64,000 nucleotides of DNA from an uncultured beta proteobacterium (GTDB lineage: Bacteria > Pseudomonadota > Gammaproteobacteria > Burkholderiales > SG8-39). Of this stretch, positions 37,898-48,275 are shown one piece after another. The notes beneath the pieces are model-generated. The model saw nothing but the letters and a program-made list of their open reading frames with translations, ran no database searches and was not told the origin of the DNA. Position 1 is the stretch's first letter, and every line of letters begins with the position of its first letter. The stretch is from assembly GCA_963754305.1 (NCBI GenBank), contig CAVWFR010000011.1:194505-258504 (forward strand), written 5' to 3'. A program made the position numbers and the translations under genes.

Positions 37898-38626
37898 CTA
37901 GGAGTCGATCGATCCGAGGACATCGCCCAGGATCTCGATCGCGCCGTCGAGCAGATCGCCGCCAATGTCGGCGCTGTCGAGCGCGGTTTCGCGCGTCCAG
38001 CGCTTCGCGTCGCGCTTCGCCTTCGACTCCACCGCACGCATGTCGAGGAGCGCCTCGGCGAGCTTCTCGCGCGTCGGGCGCGCGCGGCGCGCCTCGGCCT
38101 CGGACCACATCTTCACCGCCCGCTCGACCGCATCGGCGTCCAGGATGGCGATCGGCGCGCGGCAGAAGCCGCACTTCGTCTCGCGCTCGAGATCGATCGG
38201 CGCGCCGCAACCGGAGCAGCGGACGGTCTTCAGCTCCGCGCGCACGCGCGCGAGCTCGGCCGGCGTCAGCGAGCGTACGAACTGCTTCTCGCGCAGGAAC
38301 TCGAAGAACGGGGTGAGGCGGCCGTGGTCGGCCGGGCAGCGGTAGTACGTGAAGCGCCCGCTCTTCGCCATGTCGCGGGTGAGCGCGAGCACGCTTCGGC
38401 AGTGCGGACACTCGGGCCGCTCGGCGAGCGGACGCCGTGCCGCGTCACGGTGGCGGTGGATCTCCTGGAACAGATCGATCACTGCGCCGGGGGCGAGCTG
38501 GACACTCTCGTTCAGATCGAACCAGATGACGTGGCACGGATGGCAGAGATCGATCTGCAGCTCCCCGCCCATACCGCGCGCGAGCGAGCGCGACTGCATC
38601 GGCTCGCCGCAGCTCGCGCACTTCAC
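37898..38626 (-). CDS. Multi-zinc-ribbon protein (zf-TFIIB-like)
   Basis: GTG start; CASC, CHPC..WFD..E, CPHC, C..DH, CSGC, CGFC; 17 nt downstream of the oxidase stop. Confidence 0.8.
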   Translation of the reverse strand: MKCASCGEPMQSRSLARGMGGELQIDLCHPCHVIWFDLNESVQLAPGAVIDLFQEIHRHRDAARRPLAERPECPHCRSVLALTRDMAKSGRFTYYRCPADHGRLTPFFEFLREKQFVRSLTPAELARVRAELKTVRCSGCGAPIDLERETKCGFCRAPIAILDADAVERAVKMWSEAEARRARPTREKLAEALLDMRAVESKAKRDAKRWTRETALDSADIGGDLLDGAIEILGDVLGSIDS

Positions 38627-38643
38627 GGGTTTACGGCTCGCGC

Positions 38644-40266
38644 TCAAAGAAAGGATTCGCTTCGCACGCCCAGCCGGGCGAGCACGCGCTCGGCGGCGGC
38701 GACGCCACGATACTGCGCCTCCTCGAACAGCGAGAGCCCGCTTGCATCCGAATGCGCAAAATGCACGCGGCCCGCGTGCGCTTCGACACGCCGGCGCGCA
38801 TCGCCCCAGACGAACCCGGGACGCGGGCGGACCATCGCGTGGCCGTTCGCGAACACGTCGATCCGGCGCACGGTCGTGCGGATCTCGGGATGCGGGCGCG
38901 AGAGCTCGCCGAGGATCCGCTCCGCCCACGCTTCGCGCGGCGTCGCGAGCAGACGCTCGCGCGCCGCCCGCGGCGGCTCGCCGCACAGCGGCAGGTACCA
39001 GGTGAGCACGGTCGGGCCGCGGTGCGAGGCGACGCTCTGGTGGGTGGCGACGACGTAGCCGAGCGCGGCGCTGTCGTACAGGATGTTGTCCCAGGCGAGC
39101 GGCGCGCCGTACCGGTCGCGCGGACACTCGTCGAGCGTGAGATTCGCGGTGAGCCACGGCGCGTAGTCGAAGGCGCGGAGCGCATCGACCAGGCCACCCT
39201 CGCCCGCCACGAGCGCGCGCGCGGCGAACGCGAGCGGCGCCGCCCACACGACGTGCTCGGCGGTGAGCGCGATCGAGCGATCCTCGCCCGCGAGATAGAC
39301 GTGCAGCGCCACGTCGCGCCGGCGCTCCTCGACCCGGTGCACGAGCGCATCGCGCGTCGACTCCGGCGCGTAGCGCTCGGCGAGGCGCCGCACGATCCAC
39401 CCGTTGCCTTCGGGCCAGGTCAGCACCGTGTCCGGGTCGGCATGCTGCGCGCGGGCGTCGCGGCTCGCGAAGTAGTGGATCCCCGCCCACGCCGAGACGT
39501 CGCGGTAGTCGCAGCCGTAGTCGTCGCGGCAAGCGTAGTTCACCAGCCAGTGCACCGAGTCCCCACGGTAGCCCTCGGCGAGGAGCCAGTCGCGGATCGA
39601 ACCGCGGTCGAGCGCGAGGAGCTTCGCGTCGCGAGACGAGAGCGCCGTCGGCATCGCGAACGCCTTGCGGCCGTCGGCGCCGCGCGCGGCCTTGAACGCT
39701 TCCATCCGGTCGTGGAATCGCCGCCACTCGTCGTGCTCGCCTGCAGACGCCCGTGCGAGCGGCACGATGCCCTCATGCCACGCGCCGTCGCGCCAGACGC
39801 GCTCGTGCGGCGAGAAGCACAGGGCGCGCTCGTCATAGCGCGGCGACGGCGCATCGGGGTCGCCATGCAGCACGCCGAGATCCGCGAGGAGGAGCCGGAC
39901 CGCGCGCGACTCGCGCGTCGGCAGCGGCACGTAGTGCGCGCCCCAGGGAAACGCGCTCACTTCGTTCTCGCCCCAGCGCGCATTGCCGCCTGGCTCGCGC
40001 TCGAGCTCGACCAGCTCGAAGTCGTCGAAACCCGCTTTGCGGAAGCGCCACGCCGCCGAGAGCCCGGCGATGCCGGCGCCGACGATCACGACCTTGCGCC
40101 GGCGCTCGCCGCTAGGTGCAGCAGGCAGGGTGCCGTCGCGCAGGCGGTGGCCGAGCTCATGCCGTGTCGTGAAGAGCCTCCCCTGCGGCAGCGGCGGCGC
40201 CGCTCGCCCGCACGCCGCCGCGGCGACCGCCGCCGCGCCCGCCGCCAGAAACTCGCGCCGCTGCAT
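38644..40266 (-). CDS. Tat-exported (lipo)protein FAD-dependent amine-oxidase-like enzyme
   Basis: MQRREFL..AAAC signal; GAGIAG, GGNA, WGAHY, GHAM..P.PG, FAHSD.SG.SLFEEA. Confidence 0.88.
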   Translation of the reverse strand: MQRREFLAAGAAAVAAAACGRAAPPLPQGRLFTTRHELGHRLRDGTLPAAPSGERRRKVVIVGAGIAGLSAAWRFRKAGFDDFELVELEREPGGNARWGENEVSAFPWGAHYVPLPTRESRAVRLLLADLGVLHGDPDAPSPRYDERALCFSPHERVWRDGAWHEGIVPLARASAGEHDEWRRFHDRMEAFKAARGADGRKAFAMPTALSSRDAKLLALDRGSIRDWLLAEGYRGDSVHWLVNYACRDDYGCDYRDVSAWAGIHYFASRDARAQHADPDTVLTWPEGNGWIVRRLAERYAPESTRDALVHRVEERRRDVALHVYLAGEDRSIALTAEHVVWAAPLAFAARALVAGEGGLVDALRAFDYAPWLTANLTLDECPRDRYGAPLAWDNILYDSAALGYVVATHQSVASHRGPTVLTWYLPLCGEPPRAARERLLATPREAWAERILGELSRPHPEIRTTVRRIDVFANGHAMVRPRPGFVWGDARRRVEAHAGRVHFAHSDASGLSLFEEAQYRGVAAAERVLARLGVRSESFL

Positions 40267-40322
40267 CCTTCCCTCGTTTCTCCCTTCTTTCCCGCGCTTT
40301 GCCGCTCTTTGCCGCTCTTTGA

Positions 40323-41882
40323 CTATTGCACCGGCGCCCGCTTCCACTCCGCCTCGTAGTACTGCACGAGCACCTGGTTGTTGAGGCGGTTCACCGCAGC
40401 CGGGACGCGATCCATGTCCTTCGGAAAGCGGAAGAGCGCCGGCTGTATTTCCGGAGTGAGGAAGCGGAGCTCGGGGAGATAGCGCTCGGGCGGGGAGTAG
40501 CCTTCCCGCGAGGCGATCACGTAGCCCCACTCGCCGAACGACGGCACGAGCGCGTGGTACGGCGTCGCCTTGAGCCCGGCGGCTTCGATCGTGCCGACGA
40601 TGCACCAGAACGAGCGCCGCGCGTAAAGGGGAGAGGTCGCTTGGATCACGGCGATGCCGCGCGCCGAGAGCCGCCGCTCGAGCAGCTGATAGAACGCGTT
40701 GGTGTAAAGCTTGCCGAGCGAGTAGTTGCTCGGATCCGGGAAGTCGGCGATGACGAGATCGAAGTACTCGGTCGTCTGCTCGAGCCACTTGAAAGCATCC
40801 GCATTGACGATCGTCACCTTCGGCGAAGCGAGCGCATCGCCGTTCATGGCGCGGAGAAGCGGCGCGGTCGAGAAGAGCCGCGTCATCTCCGGGTCGAGGT
40901 CGACGAGCGTCACCGATTCGATCTGCGGGTAGCGCAGCACCTCGCGCACCGCGAGCCCGTCGCCGCCGCCGAGCACTAGCACCCGCCGCGCCGCCGGCAG
41001 GGTCGCGAGCGCGGGATGGACGAGCGCCTCGTGATAGCGGTACTCGTCGGCCGAGCTGAACTGGAGGTTGCCGTTGAGGAAAAGGCGGACGTCGTTCCGC
41101 CACTTGGTCACCACGATGCGCTGGTAGCGGCTCGACTGCGCGTAAAGGATGCGATCGGCGTAGAGCTCCTCCTCGGCGAAGGTGGTGAGCCGTTCCGCGC
41201 CGGCGAAGCCCGCACCGAGCAGTCCGACCACGGCCGCGACCTGCGCGGCGCGCCAGCCGAGCGGCGCGAGCTGCGCGCGGAAGAGGTACAGCGCCCACAC
41301 GGCGACGAGCGCGTTCATCAGCCCGAAGAGAAAGGCGGTGCGGATCAGCCCGAGCCGCGGAGCGAGGACGAGCGGGAACGCGATCGACACCGCGAGCGCG
41401 CCGAGATAGTCGACCGAAAGCACCGCCGATACCAGCTCGCGAAAGCCCAGCCGATCGCGGAGGATGCGCATGACGAGCGGGATCTCGAGCCCGACCAGCA
41501 CGCCGATCCCGACCACGAACCCGTAGAGCACGAGCCGGAAAGCGTCGCCCAGGTGCGCGAACGCGAGGAACATGACCGCCGCGGAGACGCCGCCCAGCAC
41601 CGCGATCGCGAGCTCGATCTCGAAGAAGCGCGCGATCAGGCCGGCAACGATGTAGCGCGACAGGAACGAGCCCACCCCCATCGCCGCAAGGTAGGCCCCG
41701 ATCACGATCGAGAACTGGGTGACCGAGTCGCCGAGGAGGTAGCTCGCCGCCGCGCCGGCGACGAGCTCGTAGACGAGCCCGCACGCGGCGATGACGAAGA
41801 CCGAGGCGAGGAGCGCGCGGCTCAGTGCGCCGGGGGAGAGGCCGGCGGCGTCTTCGGACGGGACTCGTTGCGGGGAGAGCAT
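40323..41882 (-). CDS. speE: Membrane-fused polyamine aminopropyltransferase (spermidine synthase-like)
   Basis: N-terminal multi-TM domain (CGLVYEL..); DEYRYHEALVH, LGGGDG, VDLD, DFPDP. Confidence 0.92.
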   Translation of the reverse strand: MLSPQRVPSEDAAGLSPGALSRALLASVFVIAACGLVYELVAGAAASYLLGDSVTQFSIVIGAYLAAMGVGSFLSRYIVAGLIARFFEIELAIAVLGGVSAAVMFLAFAHLGDAFRLVLYGFVVGIGVLVGLEIPLVMRILRDRLGFRELVSAVLSVDYLGALAVSIAFPLVLAPRLGLIRTAFLFGLMNALVAVWALYLFRAQLAPLGWRAAQVAAVVGLLGAGFAGAERLTTFAEEELYADRILYAQSSRYQRIVVTKWRNDVRLFLNGNLQFSSADEYRYHEALVHPALATLPAARRVLVLGGGDGLAVREVLRYPQIESVTLVDLDPEMTRLFSTAPLLRAMNGDALASPKVTIVNADAFKWLEQTTEYFDLVIADFPDPSNYSLGKLYTNAFYQLLERRLSARGIAVIQATSPLYARRSFWCIVGTIEAAGLKATPYHALVPSFGEWGYVIASREGYSPPERYLPELRFLTPEIQPALFRFPKDMDRVPAAVNRLNNQVLVQYYEAEWKRAPVQ

Positions 41883-41891
41883 CCGGTCACG

Positions 41892-41985
41892 CCCCCGTGA
41901 CAAAGGGGGTGGCGCGAAGCGCCGGGGGTTGCGGGCGGTTGCCGAAGATCCCCCGCTTCGCTTCGCACCCCCTTATCAGGGGGGC
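41892..41985. repeat. Palindromic intergenic element inside the operon
   Basis: ccccc..aaggggg ... ccccc ttatcagggggg inverted arms with internal gcgaagcg/cgcttcgc. Confidence 0.55.
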
Positions 41986-41991
41986 AGGGAG

Positions 41992-42210
41992 TCAGTGCAT
42001 CGCCGAGGCGACGATGATCGCGATCGCGATGCACATCGCGCCGACGACCGTGGCGAGCGACTGGTTGCGCTCCTCGATCAGCTCCTTCCACAGGTCGTAG
42101 GGGGTCAGCTTGTCGATGATGATGAACGCGAGCACGACGAAGATGACGCCGAGCAGGGAGTAGACGAGCGAGCCGACCAGCGCTGCCGGCTTGAGATACT
42201 CGAAGATCAT
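41992..42210 (-). CDS. DUF350 small membrane protein
   Basis: YSLLG..F..IDKLTPYDLWKELIEERN. Confidence 0.9.
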   Translation of the reverse strand: MIFEYLKPAALVGSLVYSLLGVIFVVLAFIIIDKLTPYDLWKELIEERNQSLATVVGAMCIAIAIIVASAMH

Positions 42211-42244
42211 TGTCGTGGCCTCCGTTGGGGAATCGGGGAATCGG

Positions 42245-42391
42245 TCACTTGCCGCGCGTGCCGCTGGCGCCGGCCAGCCGGCTCGGTTCCTTGGTGCCGG
42301 CGTCCGTGCCGTAGAGCGACCAGTGGTTGTACTGGCCGTAGCTGAACAGGCCGACGAGCAGGGCGCCGAGGACGAGGTATGCGCGGTGCAC
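42245..42391 (-). CDS. 48-aa single-TM microprotein (not in the ORF track)
   Basis: GAGAGG RBS + GTG; MHRAYLVLGALLVGLFSYGQYNHWSLYGTDAGTKEPSRLAGASGTRGK*; fills the gap between DUF4178 and DUF350. Confidence 0.7.
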   Translation of the reverse strand: MHRAYLVLGALLVGLFSYGQYNHWSLYGTDAGTKEPSRLAGASGTRGK

Positions 42392-42424
42392 GGTTCGGCC
42401 TCTCAGCGGCAGAGCGCGTCGTTG

Positions 42425-44341
42425 TCAGTCATCGTCGTCGTCGCTCGCCGAGGAGGGCGCGTGGTCGCTTTCGGACCACCGCTTCGATTCGAACGACGAC
42501 GCACGCCACCACGCGAAGATCGGGAAGAGCGCGAGCCCGAAGAGCGCGAGAAAGTAGTTGGTCCAGTCGGGCGGGTCGCGCGTCACGACGATGCGGCCGC
42601 TGACCCGGCTGCCGCGCGGATCGCCTTCCAGATCGATGTCGAGGTAGTACCGTCCGGGCGGCACCCTCGCCACGCGGGCCTGATCGTCGCGGCCGCCCTC
42701 CGACCAGCTCTCGCCGTCGTCCACGCCGGCGTAGTAGGCGACTTCGCGGCCGAGCTGCCAGCTCTCGCCGGTCTTCTCCTCGACGAGCGTCATGTCGAGA
42801 TACACCCAGTTGTTCGTGACGTCGGCGGTAGTCTTGATCGCGAGCGGTGCCGGCCGCGATCCGCGCACCTCGAACACGGGCGAGGTGTACTCACGTGTGC
42901 CCTTGCCGGGGATGAACTCGAAGTCCTGCACGAGCAGCACCTTCGAGTCCGCGGCGAAGCGCAGGCCGAGATGCACCGCGAGGGCGAGCATCGCGAAGAC
43001 CGCGAACCAGAGCCAGTAGCGGCCCCGGCCGGCGTGCGGCGAGGGCTGGTTCGGCGCGATGCCGACCTTGCGCGGGGGCGTCGTCTTCAGCCCGAACGCC
43101 TGCCACAGCTTGCCGGGGTCGGTGTACTCGCCGAGCGACCAGTTGAGCTCGCCGTCGGTCCGCTCGCTGGAGAGGATGAGCGGCGGTGCGACGAAATCCT
43201 CGACCTTGCACTGCTCGCCCTTGGTGACGCGCCAGTAGAACTCGCCGACGACATAGCTCACCGCGGCGACGCAGGTCTGGAAATGCCTGAACTCGCGCCC
43301 GAGGTAGCGCGCGCGCGGCGGCGGGCCGGAAGCGGTCCGCGGCGTGTCGGTGCTCGCCTTGATGAGGTTGAAATGCCCGTTGTACTCCGAGATCCAGCGG
43401 TAGCCCTGCTCCGGGTTGTGGAGCAGGTACTCGCCCCAGGAGTAGGTCATCCCGTCCGCCCTCATCTCGCGGCGCATGTAGCCGATCACCTCGTACTCCG
43501 CACCGGCGAGCTTGCCGCGGGCGCCGAGCGGAATCGACGGCTTGAACCGCGCCGCATTCGCTTCTACGCGCGAGATGATCTGGAAGCCGGGGTTGGCGAC
43601 GTCGACCACCGCGCCGCAGCTTCCGCAGGCGACCGCCTCGGTCGTCTTGACGCGCTTCGTGAGCGGGGCACCGCAGCCGGGACACTGAAACGCGAACGCC
43701 TGGGCGGTCGCAGCGCCGCCCGACTTGCCATCGCGCAGGTTCTGGAACTTGAAGGACTCGAAGGGGACCTGCGCGCCGGCGAAGAGCAGCGGCGGCGTCT
43801 CGCTGTAGTCGATGGTCGCGAAGGTTCCGCCGTCGCCGCGCAGGTCGACGAAGACGCCTTCCCAGCCCGCACCCACCTTGAAGGGCAGCTCGCCCGCGCC
43901 GGCGACGACGTGGGCGCGCTCGATGTTCGCCACCTCGAAGGCTTTGCCGTCGAGGTTCACCCGCCGGCCGGGCTGCATCGCATCGAGCGGCGGCAGCTCC
44001 TTCGGGCGCTTGAGGAAGGTGATGAGATAGTTCCCCATAGCATCGGAGAGCCAGCCGGTGCGCTGGTCGTCGAACATGCAGTACCACTCGTTCCACGAGC
44101 CCGAGGCGTAGCGGTACTGGATGCGCCCGATCAGCGCGAAGTGGAGCCCCTTGTAGCGGCCCTCCGTGCCGAGCTGGAGCGGGGAGGCGTCCTCGATCAC
44201 CTCCGTCATCGTGCCGATGTTCTCGAGCGCGGCGCCCTGCCTGACGAGCGTGGAGCGGCAGAACTCGCAGATGGCGACGATCGACGCCGCGCCGCGGAAG
44301 CGGACCGGCGCGCCGCAGGAAGGGCAGTTGGCTATCGCCAT
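42425..44341 (-). CDS. DUF4178 protein (two Zn-ribbon + DUF4178 units, C-terminal membrane region)
   Basis: CPSC..CEFC, GRIQY..W.EW..GWLS; CPGC..CGSC, W.EYLL..GYRWI.E; YVVGEFYW. Confidence 0.88.
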   Translation of the reverse strand: MAIANCPSCGAPVRFRGAASIVAICEFCRSTLVRQGAALENIGTMTEVIEDASPLQLGTEGRYKGLHFALIGRIQYRYASGSWNEWYCMFDDQRTGWLSDAMGNYLITFLKRPKELPPLDAMQPGRRVNLDGKAFEVANIERAHVVAGAGELPFKVGAGWEGVFVDLRGDGGTFATIDYSETPPLLFAGAQVPFESFKFQNLRDGKSGGAATAQAFAFQCPGCGAPLTKRVKTTEAVACGSCGAVVDVANPGFQIISRVEANAARFKPSIPLGARGKLAGAEYEVIGYMRREMRADGMTYSWGEYLLHNPEQGYRWISEYNGHFNLIKASTDTPRTASGPPPRARYLGREFRHFQTCVAAVSYVVGEFYWRVTKGEQCKVEDFVAPPLILSSERTDGELNWSLGEYTDPGKLWQAFGLKTTPPRKVGIAPNQPSPHAGRGRYWLWFAVFAMLALAVHLGLRFAADSKVLLVQDFEFIPGKGTREYTSPVFEVRGSRPAPLAIKTTADVTNNWVYLDMTLVEEKTGESWQLGREVAYYAGVDDGESWSEGGRDDQARVARVPPGRYYLDIDLEGDPRGSRVSGRIVVTRDPPDWTNYFLALFGLALFPIFAWWRASSFESKRWSESDHAPSSASDDDDD

Positions 44342-44405
44342 TGTTGTTGCCCGACAAGTACGAGGCGCGCCTCCCGGGCGCGCCTCGGGGACCTCACGCG
44401 CAGCG

Positions 44406-45431
44406 TTACCCTATCCGCTTGAGGAGCTCTGCCTTCTTGGTGTTGAACTCGTCCTCGGTCAGAATGCCCTTCGTCTTCAGATCGTGCAGCTTCTCCAGGA
44501 GCTGCGCGACATCCTCGGGCTTCGCCGGCGCCGCGGCGGCAGGCGCGGCGCCCGGTGCGCCGGCGGGCTGGATCGCCTGCCCGATCGCCTGCGTCATCGC
44601 CTGGCCCATCGCGACACCGGTCGCGAGCCCGGCGCCGATGCCGGCCAGCCCGCCCGGGTTCGCGGCCGCCGCCGGAATGCTGTTCGCAACCTGAAACTGC
44701 GTGTAGCGCTGCATGTCGCCGATCATGCCCATGCTGATGCGCTGGTCGAGGATCTTCTGCAGCTCTTCGGGCAGCGAGAGGTTCTCGACGACGAAGCTCG
44801 CAAGCTCGAGGCCGATCGCCTTGAAGCCGTCGCCGGCCTTCGCGCGGAGCTGCGCGGCGAACTCGTCCTGGTTGGCCGCCATGTCGAGGAAGGGGATCTG
44901 CGACTCGGCGAAGAGGTCGGTGATCGCGCCGACGATCGTGCTGCGGAGCTGGCCGCTGAGGTCATCGACGCTGTAACGCTCGCGCGTGCCGCTCACGTTC
45001 ACGTGGAACGCCCTGGGGTCGACGACGCGATACGAGTAGATGCCGAACGCGCGCAGCCGCACCGCGCCGAACTCCTTGTCGCGGATCGTGATCGCATTCG
45101 GCGTGCCCCACTTCTGGTCGACCTTCAGGCGGGTGCTGAAGAAGTACACGTCGGACTTGAAGGGCGACTGGAAGAGCTTGTCCCAGTTCTTCAGGTTGGT
45201 GAGGAGCGGGATCGTCTGCGTCGTCAGCTTGTGGCGGCCGGGTGCGAGGATGTCGGCGACCTGGCCCTCGTTCACGAAGGCGGCCAGCTGCGATTCGCGG
45301 ACGGTGAGTTGCCCGCCGTACTGGATCTCCATGTCCTGCATCGGGTAACGGTACGCAAGCGTCGTCTCGTCGTCCTCGGTCCACTGGATGACGTCGATGA
45401 ACTGCTTCTTGATGAAGTCCATGAGTGCCAT
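44406..45431 (-). CDS. SPFH/band-7 (YdjI/virion core-like) protein with C-terminal SHOCT domain
   Basis: [34 protein letters not shown]; [19 protein letters not shown]. Confidence 0.9.
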   Translation of the reverse strand: MALMDFIKKQFIDVIQWTEDDETTLAYRYPMQDMEIQYGGQLTVRESQLAAFVNEGQVADILAPGRHKLTTQTIPLLTNLKNWDKLFQSPFKSDVYFFSTRLKVDQKWGTPNAITIRDKEFGAVRLRAFGIYSYRVVDPRAFHVNVSGTRERYSVDDLSGQLRSTIVGAITDLFAESQIPFLDMAANQDEFAAQLRAKAGDGFKAIGLELASFVVENLSLPEELQKILDQRISMGMIGDMQRYTQFQVANSIPAAAANPGGLAGIGAGLATGVAMGQAMTQAIGQAIQPAGAPGAAPAAAAPAKPEDVAQLLEKLHDLKTKGILTEDEFNTKKAELLKRIG

Positions 45432-45588
45432 GCGAGCTCCCCTCGGCGCAAGCGAAAACAACGCTTGCGAGTCTACCGCGAAGCGACTGCCGCCCGCGCG
45501 CGGCCACCGCCGGGCCGGTGTGACTTTCCTCGCCTTCGGCCGCGGTCCACGCTAGGATTCTCACCCCGGCGCCCGGGAGGACTCGGGA

Positions 45589-45849
45589 ATGGCGACGCGG
45601 AAGCGAAGAATCAAGAAGAAACCGGTTTGGGAGCGGGGCTACCTCTCCCACGGCCTGTGGCTGGGCAACGCGCGGGTCGGCGTGGTGCACCTCGATCGCG
45701 AGGCCCGCGTCGACGCGAGATACCGCTGGGAAGCGGCAACCTACGCCGGGCGGAGCGGGACGTTGAAGGACGCGAAGCGCGCGGTGGAGGAGGCGGTGCT
45801 CCTCGGGACGGTGCAACTGCCGCTCTTCGATCCGCCGCAGCGCGAATAG
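45589..45849 (+). CDS. Hypothetical protein
   Basis: GGAGG RBS; 86 aa ending in QLPLF. Confidence 0.65.
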   Translation: MATRKRRIKKKPVWERGYLSHGLWLGNARVGVVHLDREARVDARYRWEAATYAGRSGTLKDAKRAVEEAVLLGTVQLPLFDPPQRE

Positions 45850-45850
45850 G

Positions 45851-45935
45851 CTAACGGGGATCGCGGCCGTCGTGCGGCGATTCCTCTGAATTCGGAGAGC
45901 ACGAGGGGGTGTACCCCTCGTAGCGTGAAAACTAG
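45851..45935. repeat. Dispersed double-hairpin repeat (family A), reverse orientation
   Basis: gatcgcggccgtcgtgcggcgattc..acgagggggtgtacccctcgtagcgtgaaaactag; terminal CTAG contains the nfi stop. Confidence 0.65.
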
Positions 45936-46603
45936 CGGCGTCCGGTCTCGTCGACCGACGCGAGATGGTGCGCCCAGCGCGTCGTTTCCGGCAGGCGATA
46001 CCGCGTCACGCACGCCATCACCCAGCGGACCGCGGTCTCGAGGCTGACGCGATGGCCGATCGAGACGTAGACCGGCTTCACCCCCGCGCGCGTCCGCAGC
46101 ACCGCGCCTATCGTCTCGTCCCCGTCGACCAGCGGCACCGACACGCCCTTCCGGGCCGCGAGGCGGGCGTGCTCGCCGACGTAGAGCGTCTTAGCGACGC
46201 CGATGGTCGGGAGATCCACGAGCAGTCCGAGGTGGCTCGCGATGCCGCACCGTCGCGGGTGCGCGATACCGTGACCGTCGTAGAGGACGAGGTCGGGCGC
46301 GCGCTGCAATCGCTTGAACGCCGCGAGCACAGCGGGGGCCTCGCGGAACGAGAGCAGGCCGGGGATGTAGGGAAACCGCGTCGGCTCGCGGACGAGCACG
46401 CGCTCGACCGGCGTGAGCCCGGGAAAGGCGAGCACGACGATCGCCGCCCGGGTCACCCGGCCCGCGTCCTCGAAGCCGACGTCGACCCCCGCGACGCGCG
46501 CCACTGGCCCGATCCGATCCTCGCGCAGGACGCGGCCGCGCAGCCGCGACTGCAGCGCCATCGCTTCCTTCGGCGTGAGATCCCAGCGGTGGCGGGTGCT
46601 CAC
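45932..46603 (-). CDS. nfi: Endonuclease V
   Basis: [41 protein letters not shown]; GTGA overlap with SDR stop. Confidence 0.96.
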   Translation of the reverse strand: MSTRHRWDLTPKEAMALQSRLRGRVLREDRIGPVARVAGVDVGFEDAGRVTRAAIVVLAFPGLTPVERVLVREPTRFPYIPGLLSFREAPAVLAAFKRLQRAPDLVLYDGHGIAHPRRCGIASHLGLLVDLPTIGVAKTLYVGEHARLAARKGVSVPLVDGDETIGAVLRTRAGVKPVYVSIGHRVSLETAVRWVMACVTRYRLPETTRWAHHLASVDETGRR

Positions 46604-47385
46604 CGGGCGTGCGGCGGCAACGCCCCGAGCGTGAACCCCGAGTCGATCACCAGCACCTGGCCGGTGATGGTGTCGGCCTCGCCGACGAACCAGAGCACCG
46701 CCGCGGCGACGTCCTCGGGTATGCCCACTCGCGCGAGCGGCGCGTTCTGCTGCCAAAACTTCGCCTGCGCTTCGTAGCGCTCGGGCCCGAGCGAGTTTCG
46801 CATCCACGGCGTGTCGGTCATGCCCGGGCACAGTGCGTTCACGCGGATCTCCGGCCCGAGCGACCGGGCGAGCGTGACGGTCAGCATGTTGAGCGCCGCC
46901 TTCGAGGTCGCGTAGGCCATCGAGCTGCCGGTGCCTTTGATGCCCGCGATCGAAGAGATGTTGACGATCGCGCCCTTCCCGGCCGCTTTCATCGTCGGCG
47001 CGACCGCGCGCGCCATCTGGTACGGCCCGACCACGTTGACGCGGTAGACGCGCAGGAAATCCTCGCCGCTCAAGCCCTCGAGATCGGCGTGCGACACGAA
47101 CTTCGTCGTCCCGGCCGAGTTGACGAGCGCGTCGATCCGGCCCCAGCGCGCGAGCGTCTCGCTCGCCAGCCGGCGGCAGTCCGCGTCCTCGCCGACATCG
47201 GCACCGCAGACGAGCGTCTCCACGCCCTCGGCCTCGCAGGCGCGTGCGGTCACGGCGGCGCCGTCGGCGTTCTGCGAATAGTTGACAGTGACGTTCCAGC
47301 CGCGCTGTGCAAGCAGGATCGCGGTGGCGGCGCCGATGCCCGATGCGGATCCGGTGACGATCGCAACGCGCTTCGATTCGCTCAT
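46600..47385 (-). CDS. Short-chain dehydrogenase/reductase
   Basis: [22 protein letters not shown]. Confidence 0.93.
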   Translation of the reverse strand: MSESKRVAIVTGSASGIGAATAILLAQRGWNVTVNYSQNADGAAVTARACEAEGVETLVCGADVGEDADCRRLASETLARWGRIDALVNSAGTTKFVSHADLEGLSGEDFLRVYRVNVVGPYQMARAVAPTMKAAGKGAIVNISSIAGIKGTGSSMAYATSKAALNMLTVTLARSLGPEIRVNALCPGMTDTPWMRNSLGPERYEAQAKFWQQNAPLARVGIPEDVAAAVLWFVGEADTITGQVLVIDSGFTLGALPPHAR

Positions 47386-47555
47386 TCCGCCTTCGCTCCG
47401 GAGGCCTCGATCGGCTGCGCCGAATTCGCGGTCTCCGCGCACACGAACGCCGCGAATTCAGCCGGCGCGCCCGGCCAGGACTCGAGCGCCAGCGCAGTCA
47501 TCCGCACATCGCTCCTCCCCTCCCCGGCCCGCTCCGCACCGGTCGCACGCCCGGG

Positions 47556-48137
47556 TCAGCGCGCCGCTTTCTTTACCTGCGCGAGGAAGTGCTTGCGGAA
47601 TTTTTGCACCTTCGGCGCGACGACCCACATGCAGTACGGCTGTCCGGGATTGTTGCGGAAGTACTCCTGATGATAGCGCTCGCCCATCCAGAACTCGCTG
47701 GCCGGGGTCACCTCGGTCACGATCCGGTCGTCGTACACCTTCTCGCGCGCGAGCTCGGCAATGACCTCGGCGGCGACCTTCTGCTGCTCCGGCGAGTGGT
47801 AGAAGATCGCCGACCGATACTGGGTTCCGACGTCGTTGCCCTGGCGGTTGAGCGTGGTCGGATCGTGGATCACGAAGAACACCCGCAGGATCTCGCGAAA
47901 CGAAATCGCGGCCGGGTCGAAGGTGATGCGCACGACCTCGGCATGCCCGGAGTCGCCGCCGCACACTTCCTCGTAGGACGGCTCGCGCGATCGTCCACCC
48001 ATGTACCCGGATTCGACCGACTCGACCCCGGCAAGATCGTCGTAGACCGCCTCCAAGCACCAGAAACAGCCGCCGCCCAGCGTGGCGACTTCCTTGCCGG
48101 CGGGGATCTGGTCGGGAGGGATGGGCTGTGCGGCCAT
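47556..48137 (-). CDS. msrA: Peptide methionine sulfoxide reductase MsrA (cytoplasmic)
   Basis: GGCFWC, GHAE, HDPT, GTQYRS, YHQEY, QPYC. Confidence 0.96.
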   Translation of the reverse strand: MAAQPIPPDQIPAGKEVATLGGGCFWCLEAVYDDLAGVESVESGYMGGRSREPSYEEVCGGDSGHAEVVRITFDPAAISFREILRVFFVIHDPTTLNRQGNDVGTQYRSAIFYHSPEQQKVAAEVIAELAREKVYDDRIVTEVTPASEFWMGERYHQEYFRNNPGQPYCMWVVAPKVQKFRKHFLAQVKKAAR

Positions 48138-48275
48138 TGCTTAAACCTCCTGTAGCGGTGTCGTTCGTCGCGACACGAGGATGGATCCTTGCGGCCCGTC
48201 CACCGCCCGCGCATCGTCCCCGATTGTCGGTGAAAAACGGCGCGGTTGCGGGGTGTGTAATAAGTCACACGGCGT

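Noticed and set aside
38644-41784. 1046-aa ORF as a SpeE-oxidase fusion
   Set aside because: Upstream half is an alternative frame of speE with Arg/Ala/Gly-rich nonsense; the oxidase starts at 40266 with a Tat signal
27351-48137. Two msrA genes as a recent duplication
   Set aside because: Divergent sequences, one exported and one cytoplasmic; a common arrangement
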